DNA of 64,000 nucleotides from Roseobacter sp. (GTDB lineage Bacteria > Pseudomonadota > Alphaproteobacteria > Rhodobacterales > Rhodobacteraceae), in assembly GCA_045104955.1 (NCBI GenBank), contig JBGCDB010000041.1:8000-71999 (forward strand), read 5' to 3'. The notes under the pieces are model-generated. The model was given only the letters and a program-made list of their open reading frames with translations. It searched no databases and was not told the DNA's origin. The position numbers and the translations under genes were made by a program. Of the stretch, positions 29,048 through 41,401 are shown in pieces. Position 1 is the first letter of the stretch, and every line of letters begins with the position of its first letter.

Positions 29048-29091
29048 GGCTTGAACCTTTTTTACCGTTCGTTAGCCTCGCCTTGCAAGCA

Positions 29092-29589
29092 ATGACGGAG
29101 CCTATTATGCCCTACGCCGCCCAGTCCCCTGACGAATTAATGCCGCGCGACAAGATACTTTCGATGTCGGGACTGGCTTTTATGCAAAGGCTATTGGCTG
29201 GCGAATTTGCAGGTGCGCCCATCGCAGGTACGTTAGGGTTGAACTTGCTGGAGGTCGCAGACGGGCGCGTGCGCTTTAGCGGCATACCAGAGTTTGGCGC
29301 ACTGAACCCCAGTGGCGCAGTGCATGGTGGCTGGTACGGTACTTTGCTGGACTCAGCCCTTGGCTGCGCTGTGATGACAAAGGTGCCGCAAGGCTCCGTA
29401 TATACAACGCTCGAATACAAGGTGAACATTACCCGGGCGATCCCTGTGGGTATGCTGGTGCATTGCGACGCAGTGGTGGACCACGCAGGCCGATCAACCG
29501 CTGTGGCCCACGGTGAAATCAGAGGGGCGGACGATGGTAAGCTTTATGCAACAGGTTCGACCACTTGCATCATCATGAAGCTGGGTTGA
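29092..29589 (+). CDS. PaaI family thioesterase
   Basis: 'NPSGAVHGGWYGTLLDSALGCA' and 'YTTLEYKVN'. Confidence 0.9.
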   Translation: MTEPIMPYAAQSPDELMPRDKILSMSGLAFMQRLLAGEFAGAPIAGTLGLNLLEVADGRVRFSGIPEFGALNPSGAVHGGWYGTLLDSALGCAVMTKVPQGSVYTTLEYKVNITRAIPVGMLVHCDAVVDHAGRSTAVAHGEIRGADDGKLYATGSTTCIIMKLG

Positions 29590-29603
29590 TCACAGAACCA
29601 AGC

Positions 29604-30686
29604 CTAGCTTGTTTTGCGGCTGAAAATGCGTCGGCGGCCCACAATGGGTGCTTTGCTCGCGCGCAAAGCGACGCTGTCATGAATGCGTTCTGACGGATCT
29701 TGCATCACCACTCGGGCGCGGCGTGTGATAAACCATTTTCCATGTCCACGGAATGTACCCAGCATCGGTGCTGTTGCGTCACGCTCAAACCGTTTAACCC
29801 AACCGTCGGGCAAAGGCAGACCCGCAAGCTGCGCACGTTCCATCAGCCAGACCAAGGGAATATTGGACAAGGGCCGCGCGGGTTCATATCCGCCCAACTG
29901 TCCCCCGACATCCCCATGTGTGCCGGGAAACCAAACCTGTTCCACTCGGCCCGCGTAGCCCGCAGGTGACGTCCAAAGCACCGGCTTATATGCAACCCGG
30001 GTTTCGTCTACGGCGAGTGCTTGATAGCCAGCTTTGACATTATGGCTTAAGTCATGGTTGTGAAACGCGTGCGCCTTTTCGCTAAGTCGCCACAGCACAG
30101 GCATGTTGAGGCCAAGGGATTTAACCGTATCCCACACGCCAATCATCTCGATCTGGACGTCTTGCAAGCATTTCGCATTTGAAAAAGCGCGTGCCACATC
30201 GCTTTGTGGGTCACATTCATAATGCCGGTAAACATCACGTATATTGCGCTCGGTCGCCACCTGTGCCCGCAACAGCCCCATCATATCGATCACGCCAGCA
30301 AGGCTGCGCACCGCATAGGCACCGCGCGAATACCCTATTAGAAAAATACGGTCGCCCGGACGGTAGCGCGAGGCAAGATACCCGTAAGCACGGCGGATTT
30401 GACGGTTGATCCCCCGCCCCATCATCACATCGCGCGCCGATCGCCAATCAGTCCACTGTAGACCTGGTTCATAATAAATGGAAAGCTGGGCACCCATCTC
30501 GCGGCACATTGCATAGGCCTTGCCTGCATGTGTTTCGCAACCGGGTTCAAGCGTGGACATCGTGCCGTCAAGGATAACGACGTGGGTCACAGGCCCACGG
30601 CGAGGACCAAAATCGCTGGACGGGCGGCGCCAAATCTTGCGGCGCAGCCAGACCAGCGCTTTTTTATTCCGCCGCGATAGCCTCAC
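29604..30686 (-). CDS. DUF2235 alpha/beta hydrolase
   Basis: 'ILDGT', 'GYSRGAY', 'GVWDTV' and 'WFPGTHGDVGG'. Confidence 0.88.
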   Translation of the reverse strand: MRLSRRNKKALVWLRRKIWRRPSSDFGPRRGPVTHVVILDGTMSTLEPGCETHAGKAYAMCREMGAQLSIYYEPGLQWTDWRSARDVMMGRGINRQIRRAYGYLASRYRPGDRIFLIGYSRGAYAVRSLAGVIDMMGLLRAQVATERNIRDVYRHYECDPQSDVARAFSNAKCLQDVQIEMIGVWDTVKSLGLNMPVLWRLSEKAHAFHNHDLSHNVKAGYQALAVDETRVAYKPVLWTSPAGYAGRVEQVWFPGTHGDVGGQLGGYEPARPLSNIPLVWLMERAQLAGLPLPDGWVKRFERDATAPMLGTFRGHGKWFITRRARVVMQDPSERIHDSVALRASKAPIVGRRRIFSRKTS

Positions 30687-32961
30687 TGTTCAACATCTCC
30701 CAAACCTTGAGCGGGGTAAACGGCATGTCTGCCTGTCTGATGCCCCGATCCCACAATGCGTCCTGCACCGCGTTGGCGACGGCTGCCAGCGCACCAACGG
30801 TGCCCGCTTCGCCGCATCCCTTCATCCCCATAACATTATGCACAGATGGCACCGGTTCCGAGGTGAAGCTGATATTGGGCACACCATCTGCACGCGGCAT
30901 TGCGTAATCCATAAACGTTGCCGTGAGCAGTTGGCCTTCTTTGTCAAAGACCACATGTTCGTTGATCGCCTGACCAATGCCCTGTGCTACACCGCCATGC
31001 ACTTGGCCCTCTGCCAGCATAGGGTTGATAAGATTACCAAAATCATCCACGACCGTATAACGATCCACTGTGACTACTCCCGTATCCGGATCAATCACTA
31101 CTTCGGAAACATGGCAACCATTGGGAAAACTGCGGGCATCGAGCTTTATCCGCTCCTCATGGGTCAAAAGATCGTGACGATCCTGTTCGCGGGCCATTTC
31201 GGCAACCTCAAGCACGGTGGGTGTCAGGTTTGACCCATCCGCACGGAAGCGTTCATCGTCAAAGCTGATTTCAGATGCCGGCACGCCCATTTCATCAGAC
31301 AGGAAGTCTTTGAAAGAAGCCATCAACGCGTCCACTGTCGCCAGCGTTGCACTGTTTTGCACCGTGACAGAGCGCGAACCACCCGTGCCGCCCCCTTGTT
31401 TGATCTGGTCGCTATCGCCTTGCACCACATAAATCATATCCGCCGGGATCCCGGTCTGATCCGCAAGGAACTGGGCATATACGGTCTCGTGCCCTTGCCC
31501 GGTGCTTTGTGTGCCCACATAGATGTTCACCGTTCCATCGTCATTAAAGGCCACTTTCGCGCTTTCTGCAGGATCGCCTAAAATGCTTTCGATGTAATAA
31601 CAAAGCCCCAAACCGCGCATCAGGCCGCGCGCCTCGTCTTTGGCCTTGCGCGCAGCAAAGCCAGGCAAATCAGCCTCAGCCTCAGTGCGCGTCAGCACTT
31701 TATTAAAGTCCCCAACATCATAGGTTTCGCCCGTAGAGTTGAGATAGGGAAACTGATCGGGCTTGATAAAGTTGATGCGCCGCAACTCAAGCGGATCTAC
31801 GCCCAATTCACGCGCGGCACGGTCCATAAGGCGTTCCAGCACATAGATCGCCTCGGGGCGGCCAGCGCCCCGGTAGGCATCTACATAGGTCGTGTTGGTG
31901 AAGACGCCTTCCACGCGCAACCACGTCGCCTGCACATCATAAACGCCCATCAAAATACGGCTGAACAGCTGCGTCTGAATGAACTGACCGAACTGACTGT
32001 TGTAGGCCCCCAGATTGCACAACGAATGCACACGGTAGCCGGTGATTTTGTTATTTTCGTCAAAAGCAAATTCTGCAAGGCTGGTGAGATCTCTGCCCGC
32101 GTTATCCGTCAACATCGCCTCTGTCCGTTCAGACATCCACCGCACAGGGCGTCCGACCATTTTGGCCGCCTGCGCAACAAGGATGTATTCGGGATAGGAA
32201 AAACCCTTCATTCCGAATCCACCACCGACGTCCGGGTTCGTCACACGGACCCGGTCAGCATCAATGTTCAGCGCTTTTGCGATTTCTGTCTTGTGGCCCC
32301 AAACGCCCTGACCGCCCAGTGCTACATGGACCCGGTCGCCATCCCATTCGGCAAAGCACCCGCGCGGTTCCAAAGAATTCACGATGATGCGGTTGTCTGG
32401 CACCTCAAGACTGACGGTTTTGGCCGCTGCCGCAAAGGCGGCCTTCGTTGCTTCTTCGTCGCCAATGCCCCAGTCAAATGCGATGTTATCCGGCGCTTCG
32501 TCATGCACCACAGGCCCGCCGCTCGCGATATCCATTTTGGTGGGTAGGCTGTCATATTCCAACTCGATGAGTTCCGCGGCATCGCGCGCCTGCTCAAGCG
32601 TTTCCGCCACAATAAAGGCGATGGGTTCACCGACAAAGCGCATCCGGTCCACCGCAAGAACCGGACGACGGGGTGCTGCACCCATCGACCCGTCACGGTT
32701 TTTGATGATCGCGGCAGACATGCCGTGATCCATCCCATCGGCTTTCAAATCCGCAGCCGTGATCACCGCATGCACCCCGTCAACCTCGCGCGCGTCGTCA
32801 ACGTTCAGGTCAGTAATGATGCCATGCGCAACAGGCGCCCGGAAGACAAACGAAAACAGAGCATCTTGCGGCGCGATATCATCCACGTAACGCCCCCCAC
32901 CGGTGAGAAAGCGTACATCTTCAACGCGTTTGACCGGCTGCGATTTTCCAAACTTTTCCAT
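30664..32961 (-). CDS. Xanthine dehydrogenase family molybdopterin-binding large subunit (form II CoxL-like)
   Basis: 'VGGGFGMK', 'AYRGAGRPE', 'GQGHET', 'GQVHGG' and 'KGCGEAG'. Confidence 0.9.
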   Translation of the reverse strand: MEKFGKSQPVKRVEDVRFLTGGGRYVDDIAPQDALFSFVFRAPVAHGIITDLNVDDAREVDGVHAVITAADLKADGMDHGMSAAIIKNRDGSMGAAPRRPVLAVDRMRFVGEPIAFIVAETLEQARDAAELIELEYDSLPTKMDIASGGPVVHDEAPDNIAFDWGIGDEEATKAAFAAAAKTVSLEVPDNRIIVNSLEPRGCFAEWDGDRVHVALGGQGVWGHKTEIAKALNIDADRVRVTNPDVGGGFGMKGFSYPEYILVAQAAKMVGRPVRWMSERTEAMLTDNAGRDLTSLAEFAFDENNKITGYRVHSLCNLGAYNSQFGQFIQTQLFSRILMGVYDVQATWLRVEGVFTNTTYVDAYRGAGRPEAIYVLERLMDRAARELGVDPLELRRINFIKPDQFPYLNSTGETYDVGDFNKVLTRTEAEADLPGFAARKAKDEARGLMRGLGLCYYIESILGDPAESAKVAFNDDGTVNIYVGTQSTGQGHETVYAQFLADQTGIPADMIYVVQGDSDQIKQGGGTGGSRSVTVQNSATLATVDALMASFKDFLSDEMGVPASEISFDDERFRADGSNLTPTVLEVAEMAREQDRHDLLTHEERIKLDARSFPNGCHVSEVVIDPDTGVVTVDRYTVVDDFGNLINPMLAEGQVHGGVAQGIGQAINEHVVFDKEGQLLTATFMDYAMPRADGVPNISFTSEPVPSVHNVMGMKGCGEAGTVGALAAVANAVQDALWDRGIRQADMPFTPLKVWEMLNSEAIAAE

Positions 32962-33159
32962 GGAGAACATCCTTCGTTCATTGTGCGGGTTCATGCGGAC
33001 ACTAGCGGTGATCTTCGCCATGTCCAGAGCGCGCATCAATCCAACATCATATGCCGCCGCGGCACAGCACCGCATTTGCGACTTTTGCCCGCGTCGCAAA
33101 CAGAACAGCACGGCGCAGGATTGCGCGAAATCATTTACAAAAGACGAATGGAGGACCTG

Positions 33160-34038
33160 ATGCCGAACGCCTTGCCTTTGCACAACGGGACGCTGACCAA
33201 AGCGCAGCAGGCGCAATATTGGGAAGACGGGTATATCTTCCCCTTACAGGTCATGCCACCCGAGGACGCCAAAAATCTGCGCGCTGAACTGGAGGATTTG
33301 GAACGCACTTGGCTTGATAACGGGCTGCCCTTGCCGCTAAGCACCTATAAACGCGTGAATTCGCATTGTGTGATGCCGCTTGCCCATCGTATCGGGTCCG
33401 ACCCGCGGATATTAGATGTTGTCGAAGGGATACTAGGCCCCGACATAATGATCTACGCAGTGGAGTTTTTCATCAAAGAGCCAAACACCAAGCATAAGGT
33501 GTCGATGCACCAAGACCTCACCTATTGGGGATTGGGCGCGATTGACGGGCTTGTCACAGCGTGGCTTTCGCTTTCGCCCGCGACGCCTGCGTCGGGCTGT
33601 ATGAAATTTGTACGCGGGTCGCATAAAAATGCGATCCTGCCGCATGAAGATACTTTTGCTGATGACAACCTTTTGTCACGTGGCCAAGAGGTGAAAGTAA
33701 ATGTGGCTGAGGCAGACAAAGTGCCGATTGAAATTCATCCTGGGCAGATATCTTTGCACCATGGGCTGACAATCCACGGCTCTGGCCCGAACACCACCGA
33801 CGATCGGCGTATCGCTGCAGTCATCCGCTACTGCACTCCGGATGTGAAACAGCATGTGGCGGAGGTTGATTACGCGGTGCTCGCGCGGGGACAAGACCGT
33901 TTTGGGCATTTCGCGTCATTCCCCGCCCCAACTGATAATTTCACCCCCGACGCGCTGCGCAAATACGACGAAATCCGCGCGGCACAGGCCAAGGCGATGA
34001 TGTCTGGCGCACAAAAAGAAGGAGCGCTTTATTCATGA
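33160..34038 (+). CDS. PhyH family Fe(II)/2-oxoglutarate dioxygenase
   Basis: GGAGG RBS, 'HQD' motif, 'TAWLSL...SGCM.FVRGSH' and distal 'HGSGPN...RR'. Confidence 0.88.
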   Translation: MPNALPLHNGTLTKAQQAQYWEDGYIFPLQVMPPEDAKNLRAELEDLERTWLDNGLPLPLSTYKRVNSHCVMPLAHRIGSDPRILDVVEGILGPDIMIYAVEFFIKEPNTKHKVSMHQDLTYWGLGAIDGLVTAWLSLSPATPASGCMKFVRGSHKNAILPHEDTFADDNLLSRGQEVKVNVAEADKVPIEIHPGQISLHHGLTIHGSGPNTTDDRRIAAVIRYCTPDVKQHVAEVDYAVLARGQDRFGHFASFPAPTDNFTPDALRKYDEIRAAQAKAMMSGAQKEGALYS

Positions 34039-34634
34039 TGGATCATGTCAGCTTTACCCAAATGAAAGACGGCACGCGCGAGGATTACGAATTCCTCAAT
34101 GAGCACGAAGTTGAATACACCAAAGGCACGGCAGACCGATTGCTGAAGGCTCTTGTGTCACTTGACGAAAGTCTGTCAGGCTACCAGATCACGCGGCTGG
34201 GCCATTCGCTGCAATCTGCAACACGGGCTGAACGCGACGGAGCTGATACCGATTGGATTGTCGCAGCGCTGCTGCACGACATTGGCGACATCTTTGCGCC
34301 GTATAACCACGATGAGTACGCAGCGACCATTTTGCGGCCCTTTGTGCGCGAACAATGCGCTTGGGTGGTGGAAAAACACGGCGATTTTCAAATGATCTAC
34401 TTTGCCCACCACGTGGGCGCTGATCCTCATAAACGCGACACCTATGCAGGCCACCCTTACTTTGATGACTGTGCACAGTTTTGCGAACGCTGGGACCAAT
34501 CGAGCTTTGACCCCGCCTACGACACTCTGCCGCTGGAACATTTTGCCGACCGTGTCCGCGACGTCTTTGCCCGCGCACCGTACGATCCAGCGGTAATCAG
34601 ACCCGGTCATCGTGAACCCCTGGTCACGGGCTGA
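34035..34634 (+). CDS. HD-domain protein (PhnZ/TmpB-like di-iron oxygenase or phosphohydrolase)
   Basis: 'RLGHSLQSAT', 'ALLHDIGD', 'NHDE', 'KHGDFQ' and 'WDQ'; overlaps the PhyH gene stop (ATGA). Confidence 0.82.
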   Translation: MMDHVSFTQMKDGTREDYEFLNEHEVEYTKGTADRLLKALVSLDESLSGYQITRLGHSLQSATRAERDGADTDWIVAALLHDIGDIFAPYNHDEYAATILRPFVREQCAWVVEKHGDFQMIYFAHHVGADPHKRDTYAGHPYFDDCAQFCERWDQSSFDPAYDTLPLEHFADRVRDVFARAPYDPAVIRPGHREPLVTG

Positions 34635-34815
34635 GCCCACTGCGTTTTTCAAGAACCAACAAAGCCCGCCCCCACCCATCGAGGGCGGGCGCCGGCTGCC
34701 CGGCATCGCCGGGGGCGCATTGCCGCGGAAAACAGCGTACAAAAGCCTCCCCCACCTTTCCCTTCGCCATTCGTTCCGCTAGATGATCGCGCAAGACGGA
34801 TAAAGGATGCACGCG

Positions 34816-37746
<2,931 letters not shown>

Positions 37747-37774
37747 TGGCTACCCAGATGCGCGCGCCAGTGTT

Positions 37775-38563
37775 TTATTTGAATACAGGCGCGCGTTTGG
37801 CAAATTGCGCAGCAACGACTTCCATTTGTTCGGGTTGGCCCAATAGTTGCGCTTGTTCTTGAGCTTCAGCCATCAAGACCTCGTTTGGCGCGGCGGTGTA
37901 GGCCAGATCACTGAGCCGTTTTGCGGCGCGTATGGCGTTGGGGCCTTTAAGCGCGATTTTCTCGGCCAACGACAAGGCAGTCGCCAACGGGTCTGGGTCA
38001 ACCGATGTGACCAAACCCCACGCATTTGCTTGGGCTGCGTCCACAGGCTCTGCGGTGTAAATCAATTGCTTCATGACGTCAGCGCTGACCAGTCGCGGCA
38101 ATAAAACATACCCGCCCATATCCGGGATGATGCCCCATTTCATCTCCATCACTGCAAGTTTTGTGTCAGGTGCAGCAATGCGGATGTCAGCGCCCAACGC
38201 CAATTGCATGCCGGCCCCAAACACCACACCGTGGAGGGCGGCGATTACGGGCACCTCCATCCGTTGCCAGATCATCGCAACCTCTTGCCAGCGGTTTGTC
38301 GTGCCGCCCCCGTGGGTGCGCGGCTCAATCAATGCTTGCATGTCCTGCCCTATCATCTTGGTCAAATTCGACAGATCAATGCCCGCGCAAAAACAATCGC
38401 CCTCGCCGGACAAAACGACGACGCGCGTATCAGACGCGCTGATCTGTTGACCCGCGTCGATTAATGCGTCGATCATTTCATCGTCCATTGCGTTCTTTTT
38501 ATCTGCCCGTGTCAGTGTGACCTGCGAGACATAGTTGTCATGAGTGATGCGAATGCGCGCCAT
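37775..38563 (-). CDS. Crotonase/enoyl-CoA hydratase family protein
   Basis: 'FCAGIDL', 'GAGMQLALGADIRIA' and 'EMKWGIIPDMGG'. Confidence 0.9.
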   Translation of the reverse strand: MARIRITHDNYVSQVTLTRADKKNAMDDEMIDALIDAGQQISASDTRVVVLSGEGDCFCAGIDLSNLTKMIGQDMQALIEPRTHGGGTTNRWQEVAMIWQRMEVPVIAALHGVVFGAGMQLALGADIRIAAPDTKLAVMEMKWGIIPDMGGYVLLPRLVSADVMKQLIYTAEPVDAAQANAWGLVTSVDPDPLATALSLAEKIALKGPNAIRAAKRLSDLAYTAAPNEVLMAEAQEQAQLLGQPEQMEVVAAQFAKRAPVFK

Positions 38564-38675
38564 GGTGGGGTCTCCTTGTGGCAAGAATACAATCCTGTTG
38601 TACGAAATTTTACCAGTGAAACGTCACGGCAAACAGGGTCTTGCCCAGATTGTAATGCTTGGATTATCACACGGC

Positions 38676-39779
38676 ATGACAGAATTTCGACTGACCGATA
38701 TCGCCCAAGCGCTGCCCGCCAGCGTCCCGTTTGTGGGACCCGAAACACAAGAACGCGCCATGGCCCGCAGGTTCGATGCCCGCCTTGGCGCAAACGAGAG
38801 TGTATTTGGCCCCTCGCCCAGTGCTGTGCGCGCCATGTCCGAGACATCCCAGTGGATGTATGGCGACCCTGAAAACCATGATCTGCGCAAGGCGTTGTCA
38901 CGTCACTTGTTAGCCCAACCCAACAGCATCATGATCGGCGAAGGCATTGATGGCTTGCTGGCGTATCTGGTGCGCCTTTTTGTGGCGCCGGGTGACGCGG
39001 TAGTGACGTCCGATGGCGCGTATCCGACGTTCAATTACCATGTGGCTGGATATGGCGGCACCCTTCACAAAGTGCCCTATAAAGCGGATCACGAAGACCT
39101 AGGCGCACTATTTGCCAAAGCCAAAGAGGTGGATGCAAAGCTTGTCTATCTGGCAAACCCGGATAATCCGATGGGGACAGTTCATACCGGCGAGGCTATT
39201 TTGGCCGCGATGGATGATCTACCATCTGGTACCCTGCTGGTTCTTGACGAAGCCTACATCGAATTTGCGGGCCCCGAGGCAGAGCTTCCCTTACCGTTCG
39301 ATGACCCACGTGTAATTCGGTTGCGCACCTTTTCAAAAGCGTACGGCATGGCGGGCGCACGTGTTGGATATGCGATAGGCCACCCTGATTTGATTAATGC
39401 TTTTAACAAGGTACGCAATCACTTTGGCATGAACAGATCGGCGCAAGAAGGCGCTTTGGCAGCCCTTGCCGACCAAACGTGGCTGCAATCTGTTTTGGTG
39501 CGGGTTGGGGCGTCACGGAACCGAATTACCAAGATCGCCCGAACCTGTGGCCTAAAACCTTTGATGTCTGCGACCAACTTTGTGACAATCGATTGTGGTC
39601 GCGATACTGACTTTGCGCAACGCGTATTGGGCGAGCTCGTGGCACAGGGTGTTTTTGTGCGCATGCCTTTTGTCGCGCCACAAAGCCGTTGCATCCGCAT
39701 CAGCTGCGGCACCCCCGCGGACTTGGATATTTTAGCCGACGTCCTGCCCCGGGCGCTGCGGATCGCAGAAAAAAGCTGA
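38676..39779 (+). CDS. PLP-dependent aminotransferase class I/II (HisC-like)
   Basis: 'LGANES', 'NPDNPMG', 'LDEAY' and 'RTFSKAYGMAGARVGY'. Confidence 0.9.
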   Translation: MTEFRLTDIAQALPASVPFVGPETQERAMARRFDARLGANESVFGPSPSAVRAMSETSQWMYGDPENHDLRKALSRHLLAQPNSIMIGEGIDGLLAYLVRLFVAPGDAVVTSDGAYPTFNYHVAGYGGTLHKVPYKADHEDLGALFAKAKEVDAKLVYLANPDNPMGTVHTGEAILAAMDDLPSGTLLVLDEAYIEFAGPEAELPLPFDDPRVIRLRTFSKAYGMAGARVGYAIGHPDLINAFNKVRNHFGMNRSAQEGALAALADQTWLQSVLVRVGASRNRITKIARTCGLKPLMSATNFVTIDCGRDTDFAQRVLGELVAQGVFVRMPFVAPQSRCIRISCGTPADLDILADVLPRALRIAEKS

Positions 39780-39834
39780 CGCCGCGAAAAGCGGGACTAT
39801 AGTAAAAGGAATACGTTGTTCGACGGGGAGTGAT

Positions 39835-40053
39835 ATGGACAGTCACAAACTTGGGCGCGCTCCGAATTTTACTGGCGCATGTATCGTTATGTTTGGCGTG
39901 AACCTCGCATGGGTGATGCTATTTTTGTTCGCCGTATATGGATTGGCGGTCGCAGTCTTCATTGCCTTGGTCGTGAACCATTGGGTCAACTGGCTGGACG
40001 CGCGGAAACGCGCAACCCAAGCGGCCTGTGTCACCGTATCAGAGCACACTTAG
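39835..40053 (+). CDS. Small membrane protein, hypothetical
   Basis: GGGAG RBS and two hydrophobic segments; 72 aa. Confidence 0.6.
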   Translation: MDSHKLGRAPNFTGACIVMFGVNLAWVMLFLFAVYGLAVAVFIALVVNHWVNWLDARKRATQAACVTVSEHT

Positions 40054-41246
40054 CTTTGCGCAATGGCAGTGGCCGCCGCCTCTAGCGCGCCCGTCCCATG
40101 TGGAATATCAAGCGCCGTCAACCCTGCCTCGATCCCGCCTAGCAGCCCCATGATCATGTGGCCATTGATATGCCCCATATGGCCAAGCCGGAAAAACCCA
40201 TGCCACGCAGGATCACCCGGTGGCGCCATACCCAGACCAATCCCCAACGTGAGACCCAATTCCGTTTGCGTCCAATCGCGCAAGGCCGTTGCTTGTGGTG
40301 CATCAAGCTGTAGGCAGGTCACGGAATGACCACGATGCGCTGGGGTAGCGACATTCATTGCAAAGCTGCCCTTGGCCGCCCATGCGTCACACGCGGCCCA
40401 AATAGCCCCTGCCAGAACCGTATGGCGCTGCCAGACGGCCTCTATCCCTTCGGCGTGCAACATATCGAGCGCAGCGCGCAAACCGTAAACATGATGTGTC
40501 GGTGCAGTGCCATTCCAATACTGAAAGAAACGCTCTGGGTTTGCCCTTGGCTCCCAATCCCAATAGCGGCTGACACGCGGCATATCGCGGCGCACTTGTG
40601 CTGCCTTTTCGTTAAAAAAGACAAAGCTCATTCCTGCGGGTACCATCAACCCCTTTTGACATCCCGTCACCATGACATCGACGCCCCAAGCATCCATCTC
40701 AAACCGGTCGCACCCCAAAGAGGCGATGCAGTCGGCCATCAAAAGCGCAGGATGGCCCGCATCGTCCAAAGCTTGGCGCAACGCAGCCATATCGTTCTTT
40801 AGCGATGTCGACGTATCCACATGCACCGCCAACACAGCTTTGATCTTATGGCCTGTGTCCGCATGCAGCGCTTCTGCCACCCGTGCCGGGTCGATCGGGG
40901 CGGTTTTACCAAAATCAATGTATTCGGCCTCGGCGCCGAGCCCTTCTGCCATCCAGCCCCAATCCAGTCCAAAAAAACCCGCAGCTGGGACCAAGACCTT
41001 ATCGCCGGGGGCGATCACATTAGCCAGCGACGCTTCCCATGCGGCGTGACCATTGCCGACATAGATAGCCACGTGATGATCCGTGCGCGCCACACGCTTG
41101 AGGTCGGCCACCAGTGTGGGCATCATGTCTGGCAAGGCGCCCTCGTATATATTGGGGGACGCGCGATGCATGGCTTGCAATACTTCATCCGGGATCACAG
41201 ATGGCCCAGGAATCGCGCGATACGCCCGGCCGGCAGACAAGTTCAC
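40050..41246 (-). CDS. Class V PLP aminotransferase (serine/alanine--glyoxylate transaminase-like)
   Basis: 'IPGPS', 'VHVDTSTS', 'DCIASLG', 'GCQKGL' and 'FRLGHMG'; GTG start assumed. Confidence 0.88.
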   Translation of the reverse strand: MNLSAGRAYRAIPGPSVIPDEVLQAMHRASPNIYEGALPDMMPTLVADLKRVARTDHHVAIYVGNGHAAWEASLANVIAPGDKVLVPAAGFFGLDWGWMAEGLGAEAEYIDFGKTAPIDPARVAEALHADTGHKIKAVLAVHVDTSTSLKNDMAALRQALDDAGHPALLMADCIASLGCDRFEMDAWGVDVMVTGCQKGLMVPAGMSFVFFNEKAAQVRRDMPRVSRYWDWEPRANPERFFQYWNGTAPTHHVYGLRAALDMLHAEGIEAVWQRHTVLAGAIWAACDAWAAKGSFAMNVATPAHRGHSVTCLQLDAPQATALRDWTQTELGLTLGIGLGMAPPGDPAWHGFFRLGHMGHINGHMIMGLLGGIEAGLTALDIPHGTGALEAAATAIAQS

Positions 41247-41401
41247 TTTTTGGGTCACACAGACTGTCCTTTTGCTTCTCAGCAACACTAGCGCTTTGAA
41301 AGGACGCGTCAATTAGCAGCGCGCTTGCGCCGAGGCGCAGCAAAGCATAGACCAGAGGCTCGACGCAGGACATCTGTCCGCAAGCTACCAAAAGGCTCCT
41401 G

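Noticed and set aside
32725-33159. Long N-terminal extensions of the PhyH, CoxL-like, ccmI and ygfZ ORFs in the track
   Set aside because: They overlap divergent genes. Downstream starts with an RBS or family-typical N-termini are more plausible.
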